DNA of 64,000 nt from Candidatus Limnocylindrales bacterium. GTDB taxonomy: Bacteria; Chloroflexota; Limnocylindria; Limnocylindrales; CSP1-4. Where the stretch lies: positions 1,640 to 65,639 of the forward strand of contig DATBSD010000136.1 in assembly GCA_036559965.1 (NCBI GenBank). The letters run 5' to 3'. Position numbers and translations under genes: made by a program. Below, piece by piece: positions 21,614 to 30,538 of this stretch. The notes beneath the pieces are model-generated. The model ran no database searches. It was not told the origin of the DNA and saw nothing but the letters and a program-made list of their open reading frames with translations. The number at the start of each line of letters is the position of its first letter. Position 1 is the first letter of the stretch.

Positions 21614-23743
21614 TCAGCCTGCCGTCGGCCCTGCAGGTCGGAGGTAGCGCACGAACCAGTCGAGCATGCGCTGGTGCCGGTCCTTGCGTCGATCGGGCCG
21701 GCCGGTGACGGAAAAGGTGTGGCCGCTGCCGGGATAGAGTGCCAGCTCGACCTCGCGGCCGAGCGCCCGGAGCGTGGTGAAGAGCTGGAGGTTGTCGCCA
21801 GGTGGGCAGCGGTGATCGTCCTCACCCTGGAGGATGAGCAGCGGTGTCCGGATCCGGTCGGCCAGGCGGAGCGGGGATTGCTGCCACAGCCGCTCGACAC
21901 CAGCCGGTGAGGTCGGCTCGGCCATGCCGGCGCGTCGGTGGAAGTCCGGCCCTGAGTCGGACAGCGCCCACGTCGATCGCATGTCTGCCACACCGCCATC
22001 GCTGACGGCCGCCGCGAACCGCCCGGGATGGGCGCCGATGAGCCAGTTCACCAGGTACCCCCCGTACGACAGTCCGATCAGCCCGACGCGTTCGCCGTCG
22101 GCCAGCCCGGCGTCCACGAGGTGGTCGACGACGGCCATGACATCGTCGTCATCGACCTCGCCCCACGCCTCGCTCTGGGCCCGGAGCCAGTCGCTGCCGT
22201 AGCCCGTCGCCCCACGGATGTTCGGAGCGGCCACGAGGATGCCAGCCTCCACGAGCATTCGCATCTCGAGCCACGGCGACGGCCCCCAGGCTCCCATCGG
22301 ACCGCCATGCAGGTCGATGACCAGGGCCAGCGCCCGGTCGCCGGCATCGGGCGGCGAGTGGAGCCATGTCTCGATGGGCCCGCCCGGGCCAGGGATGGTC
22401 AGCATCCGGCCGGGCGTCGGTCGGTAGCGCCGCTGCCAGCTCGATCCGAAGCGGCTGCGCGTGCGATAGACGCCCTCGCGCGCCTCCATGACCTCCATGG
22501 CGCGCGTGCCGAGCGCGCCGACGACCGCCACGCGGCCGTTCGCGACCGCCGCCTGATAGCACACGCTGTCGCCGCCGGCGAGCGGGGCCGCCGGACCTGG
22601 CGCCCCGGTCCGCGGGTCGAAGGCGAGACGCCATGGTCGGCTCCGGCCGCGGTCGCTCAAGACGGCGATGACCGCATCGGCGTGCCCCGATGCATCGACG
22701 CTGAAGAACGGTCCCGGTCGCTGCCACGAGGTCCAGCCCGTCATGTCGCAATCGAGCCACGAACCGTGCGGCAAGTCCGCGTCGGGCGCCAGGCGGATGG
22801 GTGTCCCGGAGCCGTCGGATCGAGCGAGGAAGACGTGCGGCCATGACCAGTCCGGCGCACCCGGAACGTCGCTGCCGGAGATGGCCAGCCAGCGACCGTC
22901 GGGCGACGGCATGACGGCATCCGCGACGCCGTCGCCCAGCGCCAGTACCTCGATCGGCAGCGCCGGTGTGTCGTCGCTCTCGACGGCGCCGATGCGGTAG
23001 ACGCGTGGCATCGGGTAGAGATCGGCGTCGGGGGCCATGGCCGCGGTGAACACGAGCGAGCGGCCGTCCGCGTCCCACTCGGGCGACTGCACGTCGAAGT
23101 CGCCATGCGTCAGGCGCCGCGGCCGGGCGCCGCGTCCGACGTCGACGACCGAGAGGTGCGTGCGGTGATCGAGGAATCCGACGTCGTTCCATCGGAACGA
23201 TGCCTGGCGGATGACCCGCACGGTCGGTCTCCGGCCACGAGGCGTGAGGCCTTCGACGAAGCGCGCCGGTCCTGCCCAGCCCCAGAAGCCGACGCGCCCG
23301 CCATCTGGCGACCAAGCGAAGCCCGACACGCCGTGGGCCTCTCGTGTCAGGTGACGCGTCCGCTGGTCACGGGCGCGCTCGCGCCGGGAGACAGCGACGA
23401 CGTGGACCTGCGGCGCCGACGACCTGCCGGCGGCGAGGTAGGCGATGTGCCGGCCGTCCGGCGACCAGCGCGGGTGGTTGGCGTCGGTGCCGGGCACGAG
23501 CAGGCGCCGCGGCGGGCCGCCATCGAGGTCCACGAGCAGCAGGTCGCGCACGTAGTCGAGCCCGCGCACCCGACGGCGGACGACGACGGCTGTCCGGCCG
23601 TCCGGCGACAGATCGAGCTCCTCGAGCACGACCTCGGCGTCGACGATGTCCGGCGTGACCGGCAGGCGAGCCTGCGCGTGCTCCACGGCGGCCGCGCCGG
23701 ATGACGGCTGCGACGGAGCGGCTCCACCCCGGCGGCCTGGCAT
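21614..23743 (-). CDS. S9-family serine peptidase (prolyl oligopeptidase / acylaminoacyl-peptidase-like) with N-terminal beta-propeller
   Basis: C-terminal alpha/beta-hydrolase with nucleophile elbow GLSYGGYL and downstream Asp/His; N-terminal 400 aa WD/TolB-like propeller repeats. Confidence 0.8.
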   Translation of the reverse strand: MPGRRGGAAPSQPSSGAAAVEHAQARLPVTPDIVDAEVVLEELDLSPDGRTAVVVRRRVRGLDYVRDLLLVDLDGGPPRRLLVPGTDANHPRWSPDGRHIAYLAAGRSSAPQVHVVAVSRRERARDQRTRHLTREAHGVSGFAWSPDGGRVGFWGWAGPARFVEGLTPRGRRPTVRVIRQASFRWNDVGFLDHRTHLSVVDVGRGARPRRLTHGDFDVQSPEWDADGRSLVFTAAMAPDADLYPMPRVYRIGAVESDDTPALPIEVLALGDGVADAVMPSPDGRWLAISGSDVPGAPDWSWPHVFLARSDGSGTPIRLAPDADLPHGSWLDCDMTGWTSWQRPGPFFSVDASGHADAVIAVLSDRGRSRPWRLAFDPRTGAPGPAAPLAGGDSVCYQAAVANGRVAVVGALGTRAMEVMEAREGVYRTRSRFGSSWQRRYRPTPGRMLTIPGPGGPIETWLHSPPDAGDRALALVIDLHGGPMGAWGPSPWLEMRMLVEAGILVAAPNIRGATGYGSDWLRAQSEAWGEVDDDDVMAVVDHLVDAGLADGERVGLIGLSYGGYLVNWLIGAHPGRFAAAVSDGGVADMRSTWALSDSGPDFHRRAGMAEPTSPAGVERLWQQSPLRLADRIRTPLLILQGEDDHRCPPGDNLQLFTTLRALGREVELALYPGSGHTFSVTGRPDRRKDRHQRMLDWFVRYLRPAGPTAG

Positions 23744-23803
23744 GGGCGCAGCGTAGCGGCCGCGGGGCCGGGTACGCTAGGCCCCGATGATCGAGGGTCG
23801 AGC

Positions 23804-24721
23804 GTGGCCGTGACCGAGGTCCTCCGGCTGGGCCGTGAGGTGGCCGACGCGCTGGCCGCGCGGCGACCGGTCGTGGCGCTCGAATCGACGCTCATCACCC
23901 ACGGCCTGGCAGCGCCGCGCAACCTCGAGGCCGCGCGGGCCGCAGAGGCCGCCGTGAGGCACGAGGGCGCCGTGCCGGCGACCATCGCCGTCCACGACGG
24001 TCGCTTGGTCGTCGGGCTGAGCGGCGACGAGCTCGAGGCGCTGGCCGCCGCAGGCACAGTCGAGAAGGCGTCCCGCCACAACCTCGCCGCGGCGCTGGCG
24101 TCGGGCGCCTGGGCAGGCACCACGGTGAGCGCGACGATGATCGCCGCCCGCCTGGCGGGTATCCGCGTCTTCGCGACGGGCGGCATCGGGGGCGTGCACC
24201 GTGGTGGCGAGGCGACGCTCGACATCTCGGCCGACCTCGACGAGCTGGCGCGGACGCCCGTCGTCGTCGTGTGCGCGGGACCGAAGTCCATCCTCGACGT
24301 GCCGAGGACGCTCGAGGTCCTCGAGACGCGTGGCGTGCCGGTGGTCGGCTTCGGTGTCGACGAGCTGCCCGGCTTCTTCGCCCGATCGAGCGGCCTGCCG
24401 CTCCACGTCCGCGTCGATTCGGCCGTCGAGGCGGCCGCGCTCGCCGCCCGTCACTGGGCGCTCGGGCTGGAGACCGGCATCCTGGTCACGGTGCCGGTGC
24501 CTGAGGCGGCGGCGCTGACATCCGCCGAGGCCGAGGCGGCCACGCAGAACGCGATCAGGGACGCCGGTGCTGCCGGCGTCCACGGTCCGGCCACGACGCC
24601 CTGGCTGCTCGCCCGCATCGCCGAGCTCACCGACGGCCGCTCGGTCGTCGCCAACCTGGCGCTCATCGAGCACAACGCGACCATCGCCGCTCGCATCGCC
24701 GTCGCCATGCAGGATGGCTAA
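23804..24721 (+). CDS. psuG: pseudouridine-5'-phosphate glycosidase
   Basis: GTG start; ALESTLITHG, FATGGIGGVHRG, VVCAGPKSILD blocks characteristic of the PsuG/YeiN (indigoidine synthase A-like) family. Confidence 0.8.
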   Translation: MAVTEVLRLGREVADALAARRPVVALESTLITHGLAAPRNLEAARAAEAAVRHEGAVPATIAVHDGRLVVGLSGDELEALAAAGTVEKASRHNLAAALASGAWAGTTVSATMIAARLAGIRVFATGGIGGVHRGGEATLDISADLDELARTPVVVVCAGPKSILDVPRTLEVLETRGVPVVGFGVDELPGFFARSSGLPLHVRVDSAVEAAALAARHWALGLETGILVTVPVPEAAALTSAEAEAATQNAIRDAGAAGVHGPATTPWLLARIAELTDGRSVVANLALIEHNATIAARIAVAMQDG

Positions 24722-24731
24722 CATCTGTTAG
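24718..24731. promoter_or_regulatory. 14-bp perfect inverted repeat CTAACA-tc-TGTTAG at the psuG stop, ~190 bp upstream of the ABC operon (coordinates +/-1)
   Basis: AT-richer palindrome in an otherwise GC-rich 200-bp intergenic region; not a GC-stem terminator. Confidence 0.25.
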
Positions 24732-24923
24732 ACGAACCTCTTCCATCCGGCCACGGACGGTGCTAGCATCTCGGGGCGCGTCGGGATCGGCGAGCGCCGC
24801 GCCATGACGAGATCCCGACTCGACCTCCCGGGCGCATGCCCGACGGACGACGACCGCGTGTCGCCGCGCCACCCGACCGACGCTTCGCCCGGGTCCCATC
24901 ACCGCTAGCGAGAGACCACGTCC

Positions 24924-26063
24924 GTGTCACTTCCGGGGCCAGCCCACGCCATCACCGCGCCGGCCATCGAGGCCCGTGGCGTGACGCGCGTGTACTCGGC
25001 CAAGCCCAAGGACGTGACCGCACTGGCCGGCGTCGACCTGCACGTCGAGCCGGGCACGTTCTTCGGTCTGCTGGGACCCAACGGCGCCGGCAAGACGACG
25101 CTCATCAAGATCCTGACGACGCTCCTGCTACCGACGACCGGCACGGCCAGGGTCTTCGGCTTCGACGTCGCGTCTGACAGCAAGAAGATCCGTCGGATCA
25201 TGAACATGGTCGCGGGCGGCGAGCAATCCGGCTACGGCATCCTGACCGTGCGCGAGCAGCTCTGGATGTTCACCCAGTTCTACGGCCTCGGCCAGCAGGC
25301 CGGTTGGCGCCGGGTCGACGAGCTCATCGAGGCCGTCGGATTGGAGGAGCAGCGCCTCCAGCGGGTCTCGGCCTTGTCGACCGGCCAGCGCCAGAAGATG
25401 AACCTCGCGCGCGGCCTGCTCAACGACCCCTGGATCCTGTTCCTCGACGAGCCGACGCTCGGCCTCGACGTCGCCGCCGCGCGGACCGTGCGCGAGCTCG
25501 TCGTCGCCTGGCGCGCCGCGGTGCCCGGACGGACGGTCCTGCTGACGACGCACTATATGGCCGAGGCCGACGAGCTGTGCGAGGACATCGCCAGCGTCGA
25601 CCATGGTCGGATCCTCGCGTCGGGCTCGCCCGACGAGCTCAAGCGCCGCGTCCAACGCGAGTCGATCTTCCGGCTCGAAGTCGACCGACTGCCGGCCGGC
25701 CCAGCGTCGTTGGCCGGGCTGCCCGGCGTCGTCCATGCGGTCGGTGCATCGGCAGCCGACGCCGGCGCCGCCGTCGACCGCCAGACGGTCGTCGTCAACC
25801 TCGCGCTCGAGGACGACGCCGCCCTCGGCGGGGTCGTCGGCGCGCTGGGCAGCCTGGGCGCCCGCATCGTCGGCCTCCAGAAGTCGGAGCCCAGCCTCGA
25901 GGACGTCTTCGTCGAGCTCGTCGGCCGTGGCTTCGACGACGACGCTTCCGCCGAGCCGGACGATCGGCCACCGGCGGCGCCGCTGGCGATGGACGAGTCG
26001 ACCATCGACGTCGAAGAAGGGGGCCCGGTCGGGTCGGAGACCGAGGTCGAGGCGCTCCGGTGA
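24924..26063 (+). CDS. ABC transporter ATP-binding protein (ABC-2/DrrA-like) with ~130-aa C-terminal extension
   Basis: Walker A GPNGAGKTT, signature LSTGQRQK, Walker B ILFLDEPTLGLD, H-loop TTHYM. Confidence 0.9.
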   Translation: MSLPGPAHAITAPAIEARGVTRVYSAKPKDVTALAGVDLHVEPGTFFGLLGPNGAGKTTLIKILTTLLLPTTGTARVFGFDVASDSKKIRRIMNMVAGGEQSGYGILTVREQLWMFTQFYGLGQQAGWRRVDELIEAVGLEEQRLQRVSALSTGQRQKMNLARGLLNDPWILFLDEPTLGLDVAAARTVRELVVAWRAAVPGRTVLLTTHYMAEADELCEDIASVDHGRILASGSPDELKRRVQRESIFRLEVDRLPAGPASLAGLPGVVHAVGASAADAGAAVDRQTVVVNLALEDDAALGGVVGALGSLGARIVGLQKSEPSLEDVFVELVGRGFDDDASAEPDDRPPAAPLAMDESTIDVEEGGPVGSETEVEALR

Positions 26064-26938
26064 GCGTCCTCGCGCCGTCGGCGCCGCGCAGTCCGCAGGC
26101 CGATGCGGCCTGGGATCGTCGGCAGGTGCTGCTCAACAACCTGCGCTCGGTCGGCGGCCGTGCCTACCCGCGCGTCTTCGGCATGCTCCGCGAGCCGTCC
26201 TGGCTGTTCTTCGAGATCGCCCTGCCGTTCCTGACCATGTCAGCGTTCGTGTTCGTGTATCGAGCGCTCGAGGCGCCGGAGGACTACATCGGCTTCGTCG
26301 TCCTGGGCGGCGCGCTGGCGGCCTTCTGGCTGAACGTCATCTGGATGATGGCGGCGCAGCTCTATTGGGAGAAGGACCAGGGCAACCTGGAGCTCTACTT
26401 CGCGTCACCGGTCGACATGATGAGCGTGCTCCTGGGCATGGCCGTCGGCGGCCTGATCATGAGCTCGACCCGAGCGGCGGTCATCCTCTTCGTGGGCGCC
26501 GTCGTCTACGGCGTCACGTTCAGCGTCGAGCAGTGGGGTCTCCTGCTGCTTGTCTTCTTCCTGACGCTGACCGCGCTCTATGGCCTGGGCATGATGCTCT
26601 CGAGCCTCTTCGTCCTCTGGGGCCGCGAGGCGTGGCACCTGACGCAGCTGCTTCAAGAGCCGGTCTACTTCGTCTCTGGCCTCAACTTCCCGGTCGGCAA
26701 ACTGGGCATCGTCGGGGCGCTGGCCATCGCGACCATCCCGCTCGCCGTCGGGCTCGACGCCATGCGCCAGCTCGCCTTCGCGGGGACGATCGGCCCGACG
26801 GGCACGCCGTCGCCCGAGATCGAGGCCCTCATCCTCGTCGCCATGACCATCGTGTTCGTGCTCCTGGCACGCTCGATGCTCCGGACGCTCGAGCGTCTGG
26901 CGCGCGAGCAGGGCCGGCTCTCGGCTCGTTGGCGGTGA
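26060..26938 (+). CDS. ABC-2 family transporter permease
   Basis: GTG start overlapping the ATPase stop (GTGA); six predicted TM helices; ABC-2-type. Confidence 0.8.
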   Translation: MSVLAPSAPRSPQADAAWDRRQVLLNNLRSVGGRAYPRVFGMLREPSWLFFEIALPFLTMSAFVFVYRALEAPEDYIGFVVLGGALAAFWLNVIWMMAAQLYWEKDQGNLELYFASPVDMMSVLLGMAVGGLIMSSTRAAVILFVGAVVYGVTFSVEQWGLLLLVFFLTLTALYGLGMMLSSLFVLWGREAWHLTQLLQEPVYFVSGLNFPVGKLGIVGALAIATIPLAVGLDAMRQLAFAGTIGPTGTPSPEIEALILVAMTIVFVLLARSMLRTLERLAREQGRLSARWR

Positions 26939-26942
26939 GGCC

Positions 26943-27887
26943 ATGACGACCGCCGCGACCACGCCAGCCAGGTCCCTCGACTTCGACGCACGGCGCGCCG
27001 ATGGCAACGGCCTCATCGACAGCACGCGCGCCTTCGGCACCGCGGCCAAGCTGGGCTGGCAGATGGAGGCGAACTGGACCGACCCGCTGCTGTTCTTCAT
27101 CTACTCGGTCGCCAAGCCCATCGCCAGCGCGCTCATCCTGGTCGTGATGCTCACCGTCATCGCCGGACCGGGGGCCAGCGAGGCGCGCGCGTTCCTCATC
27201 GTCGGCAGTGCGCTGTGGGCGTTCGTCATGAGCGGCGTCGCCGGCCTGGCCTGGTCGGTGCTCGACGATCGCGAGCGCTATCGCATGCTCAAGTACATCT
27301 ACGTCAGCCCGAGCGACTTGCGGATCGTGCTCATGGGCCGCGGCGTAGCACGCATCGCCATCGGTGCCATGGGCGCCGTCATCGTGCTCGCCTTCGGCGT
27401 CCTCTTCCTGGGCGTGCCGTTCTCGCTTGCGGCTGTCGACTGGCTCATCCTGAGCGTCGACCTCGTGCTCGGCCTGACGGCCATCGTGGCCATCGGCATC
27501 ATGCTCGCTGCCGTCTGCCTGCAGACACGCCAGGAGTCGTGGTCCTACCCGGAGGCGGTCGCCGGCGCGCTGTTCCTCGTCGTCGCGGCCGTCTTCCCGC
27601 TCTCGGTCCTGCCCCTGCCCGTCCAGGGCATCGGGCTGCTCGTGCCGCTGACCTGGTGGCTGGAGGGCGTCCGTCAGGCCGCCTTCCCGGGCAGCCCGAC
27701 CGGCATCGGTGGCGAGGGCTCGTTGTGGCTCCAGCTGACCGGCAGCCAGGCGCCCGACGCGACCACGATCGTCCTCGTCTTGCTGGCCACGACGCTCGTC
27801 GTTACACTCGCCGCGTTGGTCGTCTTCCGCTGGAGTGAGGCGCGGGCCAAGGACCGCGGCCTGATCGACCAGACGACCGGCTCCTGA
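26943..27887 (+). CDS. ABC-2 family transporter permease (second, distinct)
   Basis: Multi-TM permease immediately downstream; 314 aa. Confidence 0.8.
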   Translation: MTTAATTPARSLDFDARRADGNGLIDSTRAFGTAAKLGWQMEANWTDPLLFFIYSVAKPIASALILVVMLTVIAGPGASEARAFLIVGSALWAFVMSGVAGLAWSVLDDRERYRMLKYIYVSPSDLRIVLMGRGVARIAIGAMGAVIVLAFGVLFLGVPFSLAAVDWLILSVDLVLGLTAIVAIGIMLAAVCLQTRQESWSYPEAVAGALFLVVAAVFPLSVLPLPVQGIGLLVPLTWWLEGVRQAAFPGSPTGIGGEGSLWLQLTGSQAPDATTIVLVLLATTLVVTLAALVVFRWSEARAKDRGLIDQTTGS

Positions 27888-27897
27888 GGGAGACCGC

Positions 27898-28419
27898 ATG
27901 CGCATCTACGAAGGCAGCCCGCGAACGGACTTCGAGGAGGTCCTGCGCTCGATCGGCGCGTTCCTCGACCAGCGCGGGATGCGCGAGATCCTGCTCGTCG
28001 AAGTCCCGGACGGGTTCGTCGTCCAGGGACTGGCCATGGCCGTCACCGAGACGACCGGCTGGAACGAGAGCATGGGCACGTTGCGCAAGGAGACCCTGAC
28101 CTTCTTCGACGACGACATCTCGCGCTTCATGGACGAGGCCGCGGCCCGGCGCAAGGCCGGACTGCCGGCGCCTGACTTCAGCGCTGCCGGCCATTACGAG
28201 CAGGCGCTCCGGGTCATCGGGCGCTACATGGACGAGCAGAAGCCACGCGACATCTTTTTCTTCGAGCAGGACGGCGCCTATGTCCTCCGCCTGCTCCAGC
28301 ACGCCGCGTCCGGCAACCAGCACACGCTGGCCGAGTTCACGCGCGACGACATCGACCGGCTCGTGTCCGAGGGGCCTGCCCTTCGCGACGACAAGAAGGA
28401 AGCCGCCAAGTCCACCTGA
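27898..28419 (+). CDS. hypothetical soluble protein with an internal ~70-aa duplication, co-operonic with the ABC-2 exporter
   Basis: RBS-like GAGGGAGA 5 nt upstream; two similar halves (REILLVEVPDGFVVQGLAMAV...TLTFFDDDISRFMDEAAARR vs RDIFFFEQDGAYVLRLLQHAA...TLAEFTRDDIDRLVSEGPALR); no motif I recognise. Confidence 0.5.
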   Translation: MRIYEGSPRTDFEEVLRSIGAFLDQRGMREILLVEVPDGFVVQGLAMAVTETTGWNESMGTLRKETLTFFDDDISRFMDEAAARRKAGLPAPDFSAAGHYEQALRVIGRYMDEQKPRDIFFFEQDGAYVLRLLQHAASGNQHTLAEFTRDDIDRLVSEGPALRDDKKEAAKST

Positions 28420-28438
28420 TCGACCGGAGGTAGCAACC

Positions 28439-28594
28439 ATGAAAGCTCTCAAGATCGTCGCCGCTGCGTTGGGCATCACGTTGGCCACGCTGGTCATCCT
28501 GCCGCTGCTCGTGCTCACCGGCCTATTCGTATGGCTGAAGCTGACCGAAGAGGCGGACGAGGAAGCGCTCGAGCTGGAGGCGGAGGCCGTCTGA
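28439..28594 (+). CDS. 51-aa single-pass membrane peptide
   Basis: ATG 8 nt after GGAGG; MKALKIVAAALGITLATLVILPLLVLTGLFVWLKL then an acidic tail EEADEEALELEAEAV. Confidence 0.4.
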   Translation: MKALKIVAAALGITLATLVILPLLVLTGLFVWLKLTEEADEEALELEAEAV

Positions 28595-28692
28595 GCTCCG
28601 CGCCAGCCCCGCGGCCGACGGGATCGGCCGCTCCGGCCTCGCCTCCATCGGGGGCCGGATCCGCCGCCGCACGGGACCGTCGCCTCGCCGAG

Positions 28693-29595
28693 GTGGCGGT
28701 CCTTGGTGTCATCCTCTTCTGGGGCTTCAACTTCGTGGCCATGAAGTACCTCGTCGGCCTCCTGCCCCCGGTCTCCATCTCGTTCTTCCGTTTCGCTATC
28801 CCGGTCGGCTTCCTGCTGCTCGCGACGCGGCTCCGGGAAGGCAGCATCTGGATGCCGCGACGGGACCTGATCACGATCCTGCTGCTCGGCGCGCTCGGCT
28901 TCGGGCTCTATCAGGTCCTCTGGTCGACCGCCCTGCGCTCGACCGGGGCAGGCGAATCGGCGCTCATCGTGGCCGCCACGCCGGTGCTCACCGCGCTCGT
29001 GGCGTCGCTCGCCGGCACGGACATGCTGACGCGCGAGCGGATGGCCGGCATCGCCGTCTCGATGATCGGCGTCGCCATCGTCGTCGCGTCGGGCCGTGCC
29101 CTGAGGTTCGATGCCGGCCTGGTCGGCCCGGCGTTGACGCTCCTGGCGTCGGCGGCCTGGGCCGTCTACGTCGCGGTCGGTGCGACCATCCTGCGCCGTC
29201 ACTCGCCGCTCAAGACGACGTCGTGGGCGATCATCGGCGGACTCTGCGTGATGGCGCCATTCGGGCTCATCCCGCTCATCGGCTTCGACCTCGGCAGCGT
29301 GCCGCCGGGCGCCTGGGCGCTGCTGCTCTTCTCGGCCGTCGTCTCGGTCGGCGTCGCCAACGTCATCACGCTGCACGGGGTTCGACTGCTGGGACCGACC
29401 CGGGTGACCAGCTATCAGTTCCTGACGCCGTTCATCACGCTCGTCCTGGCCGCACTCCTGCTGGCCGAGCCGATCTTGCCGGGCCAGGTCGCGGGCGGCC
29501 TGGTCATCGGTCTCGGCATCCTCATCGCACGCGGCGACGCGCGGCGACTGGCGCTCGGGGCGCTCGACCGAGCGCCCAGCTGGGCCGGACGGTGA
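28693..29595 (+). CDS. EamA/DMT-family transporter
   Basis: 10 predicted TM helices with two EamA-like halves (LFWGFNFVAMKYL...; ...AAWAVYVAVG...); start chosen at GTG (VAVLGVILFWG) downstream of the small-peptide stop; stop overlaps the next gene (GTGA). Confidence 0.7.
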   Translation: MAVLGVILFWGFNFVAMKYLVGLLPPVSISFFRFAIPVGFLLLATRLREGSIWMPRRDLITILLLGALGFGLYQVLWSTALRSTGAGESALIVAATPVLTALVASLAGTDMLTRERMAGIAVSMIGVAIVVASGRALRFDAGLVGPALTLLASAAWAVYVAVGATILRRHSPLKTTSWAIIGGLCVMAPFGLIPLIGFDLGSVPPGAWALLLFSAVVSVGVANVITLHGVRLLGPTRVTSYQFLTPFITLVLAALLLAEPILPGQVAGGLVIGLGILIARGDARRLALGALDRAPSWAGR

Positions 29596-30410
29596 GCCGC
29601 GCGCCGGCGATCCCGACCTTCGACCCCGACGGGGCACCGGTCAGCTTCCTGATCGACTACGACGGGACGATCTCGAGCGTCGACGTGGGCGACGAGCTGA
29701 TGCGCCGTTTCGTGCCCGATGCGGCCACGGTCGCAGCGAGGGATGCCGACTACGACGCCGAGTTGGTGGGCTCGCGCGAGCTCATGCGCTGGGACATGGA
29801 GGTCCTGCCACGCGACCCCGGGCTGCTGCGGGGTACGGCCGCGTCGCTGCCCCACGATCAGGCGTTCCCGAGCTTCGTGGCGGCCGTCCGGGCAGCCGGG
29901 GCCGCCGTCGAGATCGTCAGCGACGGACTCGGCTTCTACGTCGAGTCGAACCTCCGGCAGCTGGCCCCCCACCTGGCGGACCTGCCCATCGCGAGCAACG
30001 ACAACCGCGTCGACGGCCCCGACGGCATGACCTTCCCGTATGGCCACCCGGCTTGCTTCGTGTGCGGGACGTGCAAGCGCGAACGTGTCCGGGCGCATCA
30101 GGTCGGTGGTCGGGTGGTCGTCTTCATCGGCGACGGCACGAGCGACCGCTACGCCGCACATCACGCCGACGTCGTCGTGGCCAAGGACCAGCTTGCCGCC
30201 TGGTGCGCCGAGGTCGGTCGCCCGTACCGCTCGTGGACTGACTTCGATGAGCTGACGACGTGGGCGACCGACGCCTTCGCGACCGGCGTGCTGCCCCGCC
30301 GACGTGGGGACCTCGATGCGTGGCACGCCAGACATGGCCGCCCGCCGCGCGACTTCGTGTGCGGGCCGGAGGTCTGGGGGCCCGGGCGATCCGTGCCATC
30401 GACGCCGTGA
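29592..30410 (+). CDS. HAD-superfamily IB phosphatase (MtnX / 2-hydroxy-3-keto-5-methylthiopentenyl-1-phosphate phosphatase-like)
   Basis: Motif I LIDYDGTIS, motif IV FIGDGTSD, and a CFVCGTCK cysteine cluster as in MtnX-like proteins. Confidence 0.65.
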   Translation: MSRAPAIPTFDPDGAPVSFLIDYDGTISSVDVGDELMRRFVPDAATVAARDADYDAELVGSRELMRWDMEVLPRDPGLLRGTAASLPHDQAFPSFVAAVRAAGAAVEIVSDGLGFYVESNLRQLAPHLADLPIASNDNRVDGPDGMTFPYGHPACFVCGTCKRERVRAHQVGGRVVVFIGDGTSDRYAAHHADVVVAKDQLAAWCAEVGRPYRSWTDFDELTTWATDAFATGVLPRRRGDLDAWHARHGRPPRDFVCGPEVWGPGRSVPSTP

Positions 30411-30538
30411 GCACACCGGCGGCTGTCGATCGGCCACTCCACCTCCGCCTCCGGCGACCGACACCCGGGCTGCTCGCACTGCCATGGGGTGCGCCCCTAC
30501 GACGCTGGCCGAAGGGATCGGCGACCTTCCGACGACTG

